A stretch of DNA of 64,000 bases from Vitrella brassicaformis CCMP3155 (Eukaryota > Protista > Chromerida): NCBI GenBank assembly GCA_001179505.1, contig CDMY01000231.1:95562-159561 (forward strand), read 5' to 3'. Below the pieces are notes generated by a model. It saw nothing but the letters and a program-made list of their open reading frames with translations, searched no databases and was not told where the DNA came from. Positions 35,464 through 49,235 of the stretch are shown piece by piece; position 1 is the stretch's first letter, and every line of letters starts with the position of its first letter. The position numbers and the translations under genes are program-made.

Positions 35464-38400
35464 TCACTCCTCCTCTTTGTCGCCCTCATGGTCGGCCTTT
35501 TTGTTGCGGCGGGCTCGCTTGAGCTTGGGCTGCTCTGCATCATCCTTCTCCGCATCGTCGTCCTCGCGGCCACGCACGCCCTTCTTCTTGTCTGCCGCCT
35601 TGGCCTTGGCCTTGTCAGCACCTACACACACACACACACACACACACATGAAGGTGTGTGGTTCGGACGTCCGTACACACAGATCCCTTTGCTTGCCCAC
35701 CTTTCTTCTTGTCTGCTTTGGGTGCGACGGGTTTGGGCTCCTCCTCCCCGCCTATGTCGTCCATGTCCATGGCGTCCGCCTCGTCCTCGTGCTCCTCCTT
35801 GACCTTATTGGCCTTGGGTGTCTTCTTGCGGCGCTTCAGGTGGTCAGAGTTGGACGGCGCGGCCGCCGATGCTCCTGCTGCTGCTGCTGCTGTGGTGGCG
35901 GCCTTGCCCCTGCGCTTCACACCTGACCGCACGCGCACACAGAGACGATAGATACCCACCCACCAGTGCGTTCATGCGTCAGGCCATTCATGTGTGCATT
36001 ACGCACCTTTGTCCTTCGGCGGTTCCTCGTCTTGCTCTTGTTCCTGTTCGTCCTCACGCTCCTCCATGTCAGCAGCAGGCCGCTTCTTGCCCCCCTTGCC
36101 GCCCTTGCCACCCTTGCCACCCTTGGCTTTGGCGCTGGTGGCCTTGGGGGCGGGCTGTTTGACCTTCCTGTCACGCTCCTCGACGATGAGATCGCCGCCC
36201 TCCCAGTCGTCGTCTCCCTCCATCTCGCCCTCGTCGCGACGCTTCTTGACCCCTTTGCGGGCAGCCTTCTCGGATTTGATGCGGATCGACTCGGGCAGCG
36301 GGCCGCCCCTGTCGCCCTCCTCCTCCTCGATGAGCTCCGCCTCCTCATCCTCGATGGGCTTGTCCTTGCCACGCCGACCTCCCTTGCCCCTGTTCTTCTT
36401 GGGCGGCCGGGGCGGGGGCTCGTCATCATGCTCATCCTCCTGGTGCTTGTCGTCTTCCTCCTGTTTCTCCTCCTCCTGCTGCTGTTGCTGCTGCCGCCGC
36501 CGCGGCCGCTGCTGGACCTTGGCGGCCGGCGTGTCCTTGTCTTTGTCCTTGTTACCGCCCCGCTGCTTCCGCTTCTTCTGCAGGGGTTTGTCTTCCTCCT
36601 CGTTGTCCCCCCCGCCGTCACCCCCGCCGTCACCGCCAGCCCCACCCGCACCGGCATCCTCACGCGCACCGACATGCTCCCCCTCGTTGTCCTGGGCCTT
36701 GTCCTCCTCGTGATGTCCGTCGACGACCATCTCCATGCCCCGGGTGTCGGGATGGGGCGGCTCGTCGAGGTCGTCGAACAGATCATCCTCGGCGGGCTGG
36801 CGCTTGAGCTTGGGAGGGCTGCGGTTGGCGGGCGTGTGCACCGGGGGGATGGTTTTGCGCTTCACACGGGCCGCCGTGGCGCGGTGTGGCTGAGCGGGGA
36901 GGGCGTGGTGGTGGTTCTGGCTCATCTCGCCCTGGTAGATGTCCAGCTCGGACAGCTCTCGCTTGAGCTGCTTGTGTGGGCCGTCGTCAGAGGGCTTCCG
37001 GGGGGCGTTCTTGAGGGCGAAGATGCTCGGGATTTGGAACGTCCTGACGCACACACACAGACACAGACACATAGCATAGAGGGATACAACGCAAAGGCCA
37101 GGTGAGTGGGCCTGGCGTGCAACCGTCTGTCTATCCACCTACCTGGGCTTGGTCTTGAAGAGTTGTTTTTGTCGTGCGTGTATCTGCGTGACGGTGGGGA
37201 TGGTGCTCTCGACCACCCACTGCAGCACGTGGCACAGCGTGAGCGTCTTCTCGCGGTACGCCGCCTCTGCATCCTCACGACGCCTGCACAGCACACACAT
37301 TCCCCCACGCACCGCACCCGTGCCATCTCTCTCTCTTTCTCTCTTGGTTCTCTTGTCTCCTTGCCACAGGTGGGGTGGATGACTGACCACTGCAGTTCGT
37401 CGATGAGGTCGTAGAGTGTGCATGCGTAGTCCTCTGATGCGGCATCGACCTCCTTCTTGAGGAGTGTGGCAGGGTTGGCGCTGGCCTTGTCGGCCGCCTT
37501 GACTGACGCGGCGATGTAGGGCTGCAGGGTGCTGTGGCAGATGTGCTCGACCGTGTTGCGCATCACCTTGAACAGGAACGACAGCGCCTTGGTCGCCTTC
37601 GGGTACCGCGGCGTCGACTCACTGTCGCACAAACCCCTCACCCTACACCAATGAACGAATGAACGATACATACGAGGCCCACCATGTATGTATGTACATG
37701 TGTTGGTGCCTGCCCTCCTCCGTCTGTGTGTGTGTGTGTGTGTGGCGACCGTGCTAGGTTTCTGATGACGAGTGCGATGAACTGGTCGTGCAGGTTGAGT
37801 GCCTTGTCGCGGTTGTCCATGTTCATCTTGGCCTGGGCGGTCGTCAGCTTCGGGTGGAACCCGCGCACACGCTCCGCCTCCTCCTGGCTGCCACTCGACG
37901 CAGCATCCACCTTCACACAGTACTTGAGAGGCAACCAAACCCGACTGACAACATATACCACGGACGGACACATCGACACACGTGCATACCGGATGCCCAC
38001 GTCGAGTCGACCATGTGTGTGTGTGTGTGTCTGTGTGTGGGGCGGGACACGACCCACCTGAAGACTTGGTTCACGTAGTTCTTCATGAGCAGGTGTGCGT
38101 ATGCGGCCATGGGGTCGGTTTGCCGGGCCAGTGCAGCAGAGGTGACTTGGTCGTCGCCTGTCTTGTCGCCGAGCCCGTAGAGTGGGAAGAGGTAGGCCAC
38201 CTTGATGTTGGTGCGGCCGGTGCGCTGCACTAGGGGGTGCGGCCATGCCGTGTCGTGACCCACACGAGAGGGGCTCGTGTAGATGCGCAGATACTCCAGG
38301 AACTTGTAACGCACTCGCTGACACAGACAGACAGACAGACAGGCAGGCCAGGGTGGCACACACAGGGGGAGGGAGGGAGGCAGATGACTGACATATGGGT

Positions 38401-41400
38401 GAGTGTATGCTCGTGTGTGTGTGTGTGTGTGTGTGGCTCACCCATTCGTCGTGTGTGGCTACCTCGGCGAGCAGCGGGAGGGTCTGGTCGTCAGGCTCCA
38501 ACCTGCATCGCATCGCATCAACCAAACCACCCACCAGCCGCACAGCACAGCACATGGATGGATGCACTGTAATGTAACGGCATTGGTTTGTCTGTGCTCA
38601 CTGTGTGCACTTCCATATTTTCAGGAAGGCTCCTGCAGCGGTGAGCTGACAGATGCCCTTCTCGCTGTAGATGTCCTTGACCGCAGCGATCAGTGCCTTG
38701 TCCGTCTTGGGCGCACTCGTCAAGTCCACATACCCCACCTCGCCCTCACCATTAACCTCACCCTCCCCCTCCCCCTCTCCACCCATGTCCTCGTCATTGT
38801 CTCGTCCATCCCCCTTCTTGTTGTCCTTGTCTTTGTCCCCCTCTGCGGGCTCCTCTTGCACCTGCTCCAGCAGGTACCCGGGCGGCTCGCTGATGCACTG
38901 CTTGAGGGTGTTGAGGATGGCCTCGCGGTACACGGGGGACCGGGGGAGGCCCTCATGGCCATCAGGTGGTGCGTTGGCCTCGTCGTCCATGTCATCTGCG
39001 AGCTCGGGGCGTACGGGTTTGTTCCAGTCGGCGGCTCCCTCGGCCAACAGCTGGATGCCCGCAGCACGCAACTCCTGATAAACACGACACACATATAGAT
39101 GCATACCATACACGTGTGGAAGGGGAATGGAATGACTATCCCTGTTTCTGCGTACCTTGACGAATTCGGGGTTGATGGTGTCGGGCAGCTGGTTGGCGTT
39201 GGGGTTGAGGAGGGTGTCGGTCACATAGTGGGCGGCCTGGTAGAAGTAACCGCGGCTCTCAGCCCAGGATTTAGACGACTCCATGAACAGCCAGGGAGAC
39301 GACTGACACACACAACACACACACACACACACAGGTCTGTCTGCGTCGCATGGAGATGTGGTGTCATGTGTCTGTCGTGTTGTCCGTTCCTCGCCTCGAT
39401 GAGTGTTTGCATGAATTGGAGCGCTGCGACGTGTCGAGTGGTGGGCGCGTCGCGTGTGAGTAGGGAGGGCACCTTGGACAGAGTGCTCAGCAGACCCTCG
39501 CACGTCGGACGACCCTTGCCCCCAAACACTGATATGATCTCAACTGACACACAGACACAAACAGATGGACGAGGGGATCCCGCAGTATCAGTATTTGTGA
39601 GTGTGATGTGTGTTGTGTACCTAGCTGTGCTGTCTGGTTGAGCAGGGCTGGATGCAAAACCAGCGGCAGCAGCCCCTCAGCCACGGCTTCCTTCGCTCCG
39701 GGCGAGATCTCTATCGACATGTCCTGCTTGCTCCTGCACCGCACCCAGTCAGCAGACACACGCACAACTGTCTGTCTGTCTGTCAACCAGCTCGCTGTGT
39801 CCCTCCCTCCCTGACCGTGTGAATCGTGCGGCGCTAGCGAGTATGTCGATGAGTTGCCGCACCACCTTGACCTCCTTGACCTCCAGCCCACCAATGCGCT
39901 TCTTCTTGGACCGGCCCTCATCCTCACCATCCTCCTCGTGCTCGTGATCGTGGTGGTGCTCGTCGTGGTCATCCGCCGGGTCGCCGCTGTGGGCCTGACG
40001 CGCGATGACAGCTAGGGGCTCCATCAAATCCTGCATTGATTGATGCACATAGACGACAGCACAGAGAGAGGCAATGGTCGTGTCGTTTGGCGAGAGTGCT
40101 CTGCCCATATCCCCCGGCCAGACGTGGGTCCAGTAGGTACCTCGATGCGTGGTATGAAAATGGCGGGGTAGAAATCGGCCAGGTCGACCAGAAAGGGCAG
40201 CGAGATCTACACACACACAAGACCGCACACACACACACACAAGACCGCACACATCACATGCACACGTGTGTGCTGTGCTGTTCCCATCCACCCACCCACC
40301 CTTGTGTGTCCGTCCGTCCCTTGTGTGGTGTGGTATGGTGCGGTGTTGAGTTGACCTGTTTGAAGAGTAGTTGATATTCGGACGGCTGGCGCTCCTCTAG
40401 GTCATGCAGCGACAGCACCTCACACACCATGTCCTCGGTGAAGAGCGTGTTGGCAGCACGACGCACCAACGTCAGCACTCCTGACGACCCACACACAAAT
40501 ATCACATCACATCCACCCCCATCCATCCATCCATCCATCCATGAGTCCTTCGTGGTGTGGCATACCTACCTTTGAGGTTCTCATGGCTGAGTTTCTTCTT
40601 GATTCGTTCCAGCTTGTTCTCGGTCTGCTCACGGGACAGCACCGGCCACTTCTTGACCACACTCAACACATCCTCGTACAACCTGTTCCAACACACAGAC
40701 ACAGACACGGAATAGACATACATGATTGTTGCAGGCTGTCTGTCTGTCTGGCTGTCTGTCTGTCTGTCTGTCTGTCTGTTCCTCTGTCTGTGTGTATGTG
40801 TGGCCGGTCGGTCGGTGGCTGACGTCTTTGAGTTGAGCAGGAGTTTCTCGAAGGTGAGGAGCTGGTCTCTCAGCTGTTCCATCTGCGTGACGTGAGCATT
40901 GGCGGCCGCCTTGCCCTTGCCGCCCCCCCTGCTGCTGCCCTGCCCCAGCCCCGCCAGCAGCGCCCACGGGTGCGCCTTGATGAGCGCCTCGCGCATGCCC
41001 TTCATCTGGTGGGTGATGACGTCGAACTCCTTCTTGCTGGCCTTCTTGCGCTCCAGCGGCTGGTTGAGGCCCTCGTCATCCTCACACGCCGCCTGCTGCT
41101 GCTGCTGTGGGTCGTCCTGTGTGTCGGGGGGCGGGGGGGCGGTGCTGCTCTTGGCCTTCTTGTCTTGAAGGGCCACCAGGTACTGATGCAGACGGTCGGC
41201 CGCGTCCACCTTGCCTGTAGATGTGTGTATTGATTGCAATGAATCCATGGGAGGGAGTACTTGAGTGGATGGGATGGGATGGGATGGGATGGGCTTATCG
41301 GTGTGTTTCGCATTACCTCTGAGGTATTCTTCGAATCCGATTTTTCCGTTTCGGATGTCCTCCTCGACGGCCCTGGTGTCCTCTGATGGGACGCCGTTGC

Positions 41401-44400
41401 GTGGGTGGGTCTGGCCGTACAGCCACAGCAAACTCCGCACATACTCACCTACACCCTCCTGCATTGCCACACCACACATGACACACACATCACACACACA
41501 TGACACACACCAGCACATGACATGAGGCAGACGTTCCTGTCTCTGTGCGTGCCGGTCGGTCCTCATGTGCACCCACCCACGTACAGTAAGTACCTCATGG
41601 TTGAGCGGCAGCAGCATGTGCGTGGGCATCTTGTCTTCGATCATCTCGATCACCGATCCGCCCCCGGGGCGCTTGCTCAACGCTGACACAACAAACAAAC
41701 AGGACAGAGACGGTGGGTGCATTCGACGGGTATTGTCCATCGTCGTGGCCGTGTGCACCACACAAACATACACACATGCGTACCATATGCGGTGAAGAGT
41801 TTCTGGGGAATCCACTGCGAGTTGCGGACACTCTGAGTCAGCTGGCCGTCACCGGCACGCAGCTGCGGCAACAAATGCTGACGGTGCATCTGCAGGCGCA
41901 ACACACCCCACACCAGACACACACAAATACCCATACAATACACGTGTGCACCATATAGTGTGTGTGGCCGGCCCGGGCTCTCCTTTATCTATCTGTCTTA
42001 GGTACGGTGTGGTACCTGCATGAGCAGTTCGGCAGCGGTTCGTCTGACTTTGGGGTCGCTGTCCCTGACGCGGTTGGCGACGGCCTGCAGGACCGTGACG
42101 GGCAGGTGGTACAGCGACGTCGACTCCACCACACGCGACACCATCGATATCAAACTGACGCACAACTGCACACGGACAGGCACGCAGCAAACAACACACG
42201 AAGGCACGGGGAATACACACACGCACACGTGGCATCCTGCTAACTCACCGACGGGTCCTTGTCCGTCGACACTATCTTCGACAGACTCTCGCCGATCTGC
42301 ACAAACATCACATAGACGTGTGCACAAACATGAAGTGCCCCACCTTGTATATGCGGCGGTGCGTACGTGACACGTACGTACCCTGATGGTTTGTTGTCTG
42401 GAGGATGTGTGTGTGGTGAGGAATTCCTGGCAGTGCTCCAGCACCGCCCTTTTGACCTTCGAGTCAGGGTCCTGCAGACGATCGACAAAGTCCTGATCGA
42501 AGCGATGGAGGGGACGGCGGACACACACACACACACGTCACGTCACTTCACTTCCTCCAAGTGGGTCGGTCAGGCCATGGCTGTCATGCGTCCATCCATC
42601 CATCGCTGCATACCTGGAGTATCTTTGGGAACTTGGTGAACAGCTGCGATCCCTCCTTGGACGCCAAACGACCTGTACGCAGCGCAGCAAACACATGGTA
42701 CACACACATGCACTCACTCATTGATTGCAGTCAGAGTCATCGACGTATGTACCGATCAGCTCAGTGGTCTGCAGACGCTTCTCAACATCATCTACCTGGT
42801 ACGGTACCATACCATCCCATCACACAGGAGACACACACGACACGGAGACAGCCAGCCGTGTGTCTGTCATCTGTGTGTGTGCCTGTGCCTGCTTCTGACC
42901 GTTTTCATTTCATTGGTGAGTTTGGCGATGACCCGCTCGACCAGTGTGGGGCTCGTGTCGAACAGCCGGCCGATCAAAGCACGCTGCTCTGACGCATCGC
43001 GCAGCCACTCGGGGGTCTTTTTCGAACCCTGACAGACACCCACACCGATGGACGGGTACAAAGCGGCAACCACAAATACAAAACACACAGCGAGAAAAGA
43101 ATGCACCTCACCTGCCCTGCTTGCTTGATTTGATGTGTGTGTGTGTGTGTTGTGGTCTGACCGCAAGTGCGTTTTCGATGAGTCGATTGACGTGTTCCTC
43201 GATGAAGGGCTGTGCACTGCTGACCACACTGCGGGCCACCTCACTCATCTCCTCACAACCAGACTGACCACACACCACACCACACCACACCACACACACA
43301 GACACGCCATTCATGCATTCATTCACAAGAAACACCCCATGTGTGCATCTATTCATCTCGGTGTTGGTTCGCCCAGCCCCCCCCCCCCACCGACCTTCTC
43401 TGCCTCCATGAAGCGCTGCAGCAGCTCCTCCGTCATGACCTGCAATGCATTCATGCCATGCATGGCATGGGCCACCCAGCCAGCCAGCCAGCCACGGATC
43501 GGATCGGATCACGCATGTGCGCACGCCCATGATACAAACACCTGTCTGTCTGTCCATATGATAGAGCCACCCACCTTTCTGAGTTCATCGTGCTCAGCGT
43601 CGGCTGCGCGCGCTCTGCTGCGGTTGCGGTTGCTGCGGTTGCGGGACTCGTGCCGCCGGTCGGCCACCTCCTGACGCGACGACGCCATGTACAAATTGGT
43701 CAATATCTGACACACACAGCACAGGGGAGAGAGAAAGGCATCACTCGCGTGTTGGCCTGCGCTGCGGGGCGTATGAATGTCCGCGTAGTCCGTACCTTTC
43801 TGATGTATTCGGCCTCCTTTTTGTGTTTGGCTTTGCTGTTTTTGAGTATCTTGAAGCACACGGCGATGAACTGGCGCAGCTTCTCCAGCCGCCAGGGCTC
43901 GTCCTCCTTCTCCTTGAGCAGACACGCAGCGTTGCACCCACTCAAATTCTCCTACGAGGACACAGACACAGACACACACACACACACACACACACAGATG
44001 ACGACACGACAACACAGACAAGACGTGCTGCCCCTCATGTCATGTGTGTGTGCTTACGAGCAGTTGGAACCTGGCCCTGTCCTCCAGGTCTTTGCCGCTG
44101 TTGCCGTACTCACTCAGCTGGTTCAGGAAGGCCATAAAGGCCTCCTTCAGATGACCACTCGAAAACGGCGAATCCTGTAACACATACAGGCAAGCAACCA
44201 AGCGGATGGGGGATTGCTCTGCTGTCGTCCCTCCGTCCGTCCATTCCCCCCTTGACATGACATACACGGTCATAGTTTGCGCAGTGTTGAAACCAGCATC
44301 CCAGGCAGCAGGCAACGTAGCACCGCACCTCGGGGCTCTCGTGACGTATCAGCCACTGCACACACACACACATACACACACAGCAGACGTGGACGCCTAC

Positions 44401-44780
44401 CCAAGATCGTCGGTCGTTTCGTCCCGCTGACCGATTCATTCATCGCCCACCTGTTGGAAGAGGGTATCTTTGAGGTGCTCCGGGAAGGGATCTTCATCGG
44501 GTGTTGGTTTGGGCAGCCTGCCGCCCCCGTCAGCCTTGCCGCCGCCCCTGGGCAGCTCCTCACACAGCTCCTCCTCTTCATCGAGTTCCTTGGTCCATGA
44601 CGCCCAAATGTTACGCAGGCGGCGCAGGAGGGTCTCCGTGTTGAGCTTGTCGCTGATGTAGCCCCGCTCGCGGTAGTTCTCCTTGTACCGCTGGCTGTCC
44701 AGATCTTCCTCAGGGTCGTCTGCATTCTCTTGCTCATTCTGGCGATCCGCCGGCGCCGCGAGCATCTCGTCGTCTTCCAT
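35464..44780 (-). CDS. PDS5: Sister-chromatid cohesion protein PDS5 homologue (HEAT repeats and a charged C-terminus), more than 25 exons
   Basis: WLIRHESPEVRCYVACCL...PFSSGHLKEAF, RLQDPDSKVKRAV and ANRVRDSDPKVRRTA motifs, with a long Lys/Glu/Asp-rich C-terminus. Confidence 0.8.
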
Positions 44781-44843
44781 CGTCACCTACCTATCCATCT
44801 GTCGGCTGCTCGTACACACAAAATACTTTTCCGTTTACGTGTT

Positions 44844-44850
44844 AGCTCGC
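44844..44850. promoter_or_regulatory. Candidate promoter motif AGCTCGC
   Basis: In the 80-bp PDS5/CbbY spacer. Confidence 0.5.
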
Positions 44851-44860
44851 GGGTTGCAAG

Positions 44861-46141
44861 ATGCGCCTTGAAGTTGTGGGTGTGTGCAAGTGCTGGGCAC
44901 TTGGCTCCTTGGTTCTATTCTTGCTTCTTCGGGCCATTGAACGTCTATCCTCATGTTATGCTGCTGAGCTGTTGCCTGGCTTCGCTGCGTCCAGCGGGCT
45001 GCTTGACAAGGTGAGAAGGCGAGGCGGGTGTCATGGCGCGGCTTTGAGGATGGCATGCTCCCCCTTCCCCATTCTGTTCGATTGCGATGGTGTTCTCGCC
45101 GACACCGAGAGAGATGCGCACCGACCTGCATTCAACCAAGCATGTGCGTAGGTACCTATATGTACATACATATGTGAGTGGCCTGCAAGGCACACGCAGC
45201 GCAGCGCACCAAGCATGCCTTCCACCCATCTGATTTTTTTACCTCTTGGATGCCCTGTGTGCTGTATGTACCTGCAGTTCGCGAGAAGGGGTTCGACGAC
45301 GTGTGGGGTGTGGATCTGTACGGCCACCTGCTGGAGGTGGGAGGCGGCAAAGAGAGAATGACGGCCTACTGGAATGAAAAGGAGGGCGGCTGGCCCGACG
45401 GCTACCGCACGCCAGAGGAGCAGGCGGCCCTGGTCAAGGAGCTGCATTTGCGGAAGACGGCCATATTCAACGACCTCATCAACCAGGGACAAGTCCCACT
45501 GAGGCCGGGGGTACGCTACGCTACACTACACCACTCAGAGGGACCTGAGGGGAGGGCAGAGAGCGTATGTTATGTCCTGGTTTGGTTGCTGTATCTATGT
45601 GCCTGTGCAGGTCGCACGCATAGTGGATGAGGCCATCGCTGCAGGCTGTCCACTCGCCGTCTGTTCCACAAGCAGTGACAAGGCAGTCACGAACCTGGTC
45701 AACGTCCTGCTCGGTCCCCAGCGGGCCCCCCGCTTCCGCATCTTCGCCGGCGACATTGTGGCCAAGAAGAAGCCAAGCCCCGACATCTATCTTCTGGCGG
45801 CGCAACAGATGAACCTCGACCCATCCAAGTCAGTGCAGTGAGTGTGTGATCAGATCAACACAGCACACCCAATCAGCTCAGCACGTGTTGCTTGGCAAGC
45901 TGTCGATTGGATTGCATTCGTTGGTCTGTTCTGTGCATCCAGGTGTTTGGTGATAGAGGACAGCGGGATAGGTCTGAAGGCTGCCAAGGCGGCGGGGATG
46001 CGGTGTGTGGTGACCAAATCATCCTACACCCAAAATGAAGACTTCTCCGGGGCCGACATGGTCATTGCCGAGCTGGGGGACCCCCCACACCAGTGTGTAT
46101 CACTGGACGAGCTGGCGAGAGTGCTGTCAGTCGGTGTCTGA
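44861..46141 (+). CDS. cbbY: CbbY-like HAD phosphatase (xylulose-1,5-bisphosphate phosphatase family) with a bipartite plastid-type leader
   Basis: LFDCDGVLADTERDAHRPAFN, LLEVGGGKERM, AVCST, AGDIVAKKKPSPDIY and IEDSGIGLKAA. Confidence 0.9.
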
Positions 46142-46363
46142 CTGACTGATCCAGTGATCGATTAGATCATGTTTACCTGCCGAGGGGTGCGGTGCGTCTT
46201 GATGAGAGAGAGAGAGAGAGGTGCATATGTGTGTGTGTATCGACAGACAGACAGACAGACAGAGATTACGTCCGTCGTAAACAAAAGGCTCACACCATGT
46301 TGGTTCATTTCACTCGTTCATTCCGCACCAGCCCATGATCATACAATTTACACCATTTGTCGT

Positions 46364-47600
46364 TCACCTGACAACTGCTGCCCTGCCCATTCTCTCCTCG
46401 TTGACGCCATTGAGTACAGTGTCAATGGGCGCCACCATGGCGTTGTCATCCAGACTGGCCGCCTCCCTGAACCCACCTCTCTCATAGTACTGCCTTAGCC
46501 TTCCTGACCCGTCATCGTCACAGATCAGCACCACGTAGTTGTAGCCCTGCCTTGCCAGGTCCCTCGCCGCCTCCTGCAGCAGCCGCCACCCAAGCCCCTG
46601 CCCGCGGTGCCCCTCGTCGATCTTCATCCACATAAACGGAGCCATCCTCACTTGTGGTGGCTGCCTGGGGCCGTCGCTACACGATCCGTCAATGTCGCTG
46701 ATGAGTCGGTCGAGGGCTGGTGATGACCGCCCCTCTCTCTGCCAGCCGGACGAGCCGACAGATTTGCCCTTGTAGATGAGGCGGCACTCGTATGTGGTCT
46801 TGACGCGGCCCTCGAGCAGCATCTTCTTCAGGAATCGCGGCTTGAGGAAGTTGTCGGGCCACTTATAAGTGGGCCGGGTCTCAAATGAGTATGCCGCCTC
46901 GTCGATGGGCATCTTGATGACGTGTTCGCTCGTGAGGCCATCGAACAGTGATGACGCCCTTGACTTGACCATCGCCCACGGGAGCGACTGGATGATCTTG
47001 CTTTGGTCAACCTCTCGTCCAGTGAGCCTCTCAGCCAGCAAAACAGCATAGGTCAGGCAGTTGGCCTGATAGAGGCTGAAGGGCGCCGCCTCGTCTTGGC
47101 CCCAGATGGTGGCATCTAGGTCCCCTGATGCCGTCACATCCAGCACATTCCCCTCTGCCAGCAGGACGGCATCTCGTGGCATGCGCCTCAGCGTCACACG
47201 CCGTACCCGTCCCTGCACTGTCTGGCCTGTCAGCAGACGTGCCACAGTGGTCAGCTGCGTGGCATTCTCGGGCAAGAAGTCGTAATGGCGGATGAGTGGC
47301 CGGCCTGTTGACCCCTCCGTCTTCACTATGATGCCCTGATGCACCCGAAGCCACCATGGGCCACCTGTCACTCACACAAGCACAATCATCCACAGCGAGT
47401 GCAGATCTGTGGCATGCACTCTTGTTGCCGTTTCTCATCTCACCTGCCAGAGGGTATGCCTTGAGCCATATTGACGTCTGAGCGCCACCGCGGACGAACG
47501 CTTCCACGCATCGAGGAGGAGCCGGCAGCCGCATCAATGACCAAAGCAGGACTTGAAGACAGATCCAGCTCAGGCATAGCTTGTGCTGCTCTCTCATCAT
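46364..47600 (-). CDS. Fusion protein: signal peptide, permuted papain-like (PPPDE/LRAT-type) domain and GNAT acetyltransferase
   Basis: Exon 1 ...VEAFVRGG...AYPLA splices in phase 1 to GGPWWLRVHQGIIV...HYDFLP...FSLYQANC. The C-terminus has GNAT motif A (IDEGHRGQGLGWRLL) and LRQYYERGGF. Confidence 0.7.
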
Positions 47601-47637
47601 CAGGAGTCACCGAAACGACCATCCCCTCCTTCTATCT

Positions 47638-47644
47638 GCGAGCT
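47638..47644. promoter_or_regulatory. Candidate promoter motif GCGAGCT
   Basis: In the GNAT-fusion/LSM12 spacer. Confidence 0.5.
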
Positions 47645-47806
47645 AAGCCTGGAGATGTGGATCGCGGAGCTGCCAAACTGAGGGCGTTGGACAGGAGGGC
47701 GACGGGTTAGTGAGGGCGGACGGGGTTTGACAGAGCAAAACGACAGCGGCAGCGAGGAGGACTCGGGACTTTCCCAGCCGCCTGTTGCTGAGTCACGAAA
47801 CGCGCC

Positions 47807-49235
47807 ATGGCCATGTCAGTGTGTCCGCAGTTCCTGGGAGGTGAGCACACACACACACACACAGCGCGGTCGCAACGCGCTGCCGCAGCAAGGCCTGGAT
47901 CTGTAGAGAGGCGGAGGAGATATGTGGCTTTGGCTGAGCTTGGCTGGGTGGTGCACGAGTGACAAGATCTGTGCATCTTGGCCTGTGAATCGGTCATCCG
48001 GTATGTGTTCTGTGTCTGTTGTGCTGTGTGTTGTGTGTTAGCCCCCATTGTTGTGAAGCTCACGACGGGTGACAAGTACATGGGTGAGCTCTTCTGCTAC
48101 GACATCAGTGCCGAGTGCGTCATACTGAGTGAGTGGAGTGAGTGAACCACTGGACAGCCAGCCACACACACCGACACAGCCCATCTGTGCCCCCGGGGAT
48201 CTCACCCACCCCTCATCGGTGTGGTATATCCTTGTTTGTGTGACTGCGGCTTGCCCAGGGGAGGAGGGGGCCGATGGCGCAACGAATTACCGCGTCATCA
48301 ATTTCAACGTCATTGGAGATGTCTCAGCTGCTGGCGCGCCCAAGAAGGTAGGCAACCAAGCGACAGGGGGACGGAGACGGGGGGAAGAGATGGTTTTCGT
48401 CGTGTGGCTGTTTGTTATCTATCTGCAGGAGATTGATCCGCACCTGCCGGCCATTCCCGATGAGTGGCTGGAGCATCGCCGGCGCGAGGCCAAGGAGAAG
48501 GCCGCCAAGGAAAGGCGCACATGGGGCGTGGGGGTCAGCAAGGACGCACAGGACCTCTTCGACTTCCTCCACAAGACGTGAGTGAGCACTCATTCGGAAG
48601 CTATATAGCTGCCTGCCTGCCTGCCTGACCAAAACGACACTCCTCACCTTGATTGCCCGCTCATCCTGCTCTCGCTCCTGTGTGTGACGCGATTGGTTTG
48701 CGGCTTTTGTCGCTCTGTCTGTTAGTGCTCCGGAGCATGAGCTTCGTTGGGACAAGCAGGACATCATCTGCTTCGGTGTGAGGGTCCGGCCGCCATACCT
48801 CCCCGACAAGTGCTCTGGCGGTGACCCCAAGGCGCAAGAACGAATCAAGAAAATCGTAAGCGGAGCAAACAACAAACATGAGTGAATGTCCGAGTGTCTG
48901 TCTCCCTGTGTTGCTCGACCGACCAGCTGGCGAACTTCCACGCCAAGAGGCAGAAGCGCGCCCGCGAGCAGGCCGAAAAGGACCGCGAGCCGGCCGCCGT
49001 TTCTGCCAACCAATCCCAGTCCCATGTGCACACCCCCTCGACGCAGTCCTCGAGCCCCGTGCACCCGTCGCCCTTATCCTACCACCCCAGCCCCAACAGC
49101 AAGGCCGCCCACCTGCCCAATGGCGTCAGTGTGCCCTCCAAGGGCTCCCCGGCCGACAAGGCTCGTGTGTCGCCCCAGGTGACGCCCAAGCAAAACGAGG
49201 CCAGCGAGGCCAACGACATGGTCATGGCGGGATGA
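47807..49235 (+). CDS. LSM12: LSM12 homologue (LSm domain plus anticodon-binding domain)
   Basis: VKLTTGDKYMGELFCYD, GVGVSKDAQDLFDFLHKT, WDKQDIICFGVRVRPPY and ERIKKI. Confidence 0.85.

Noticed and set aside
35917-37105. Long plus-strand ORFs (379 aa and 239 aa) rich in Leu/Ser
   Set aside because: Antisense shadows of the Lys/Glu/Asp-rich PDS5 C-terminal exon.
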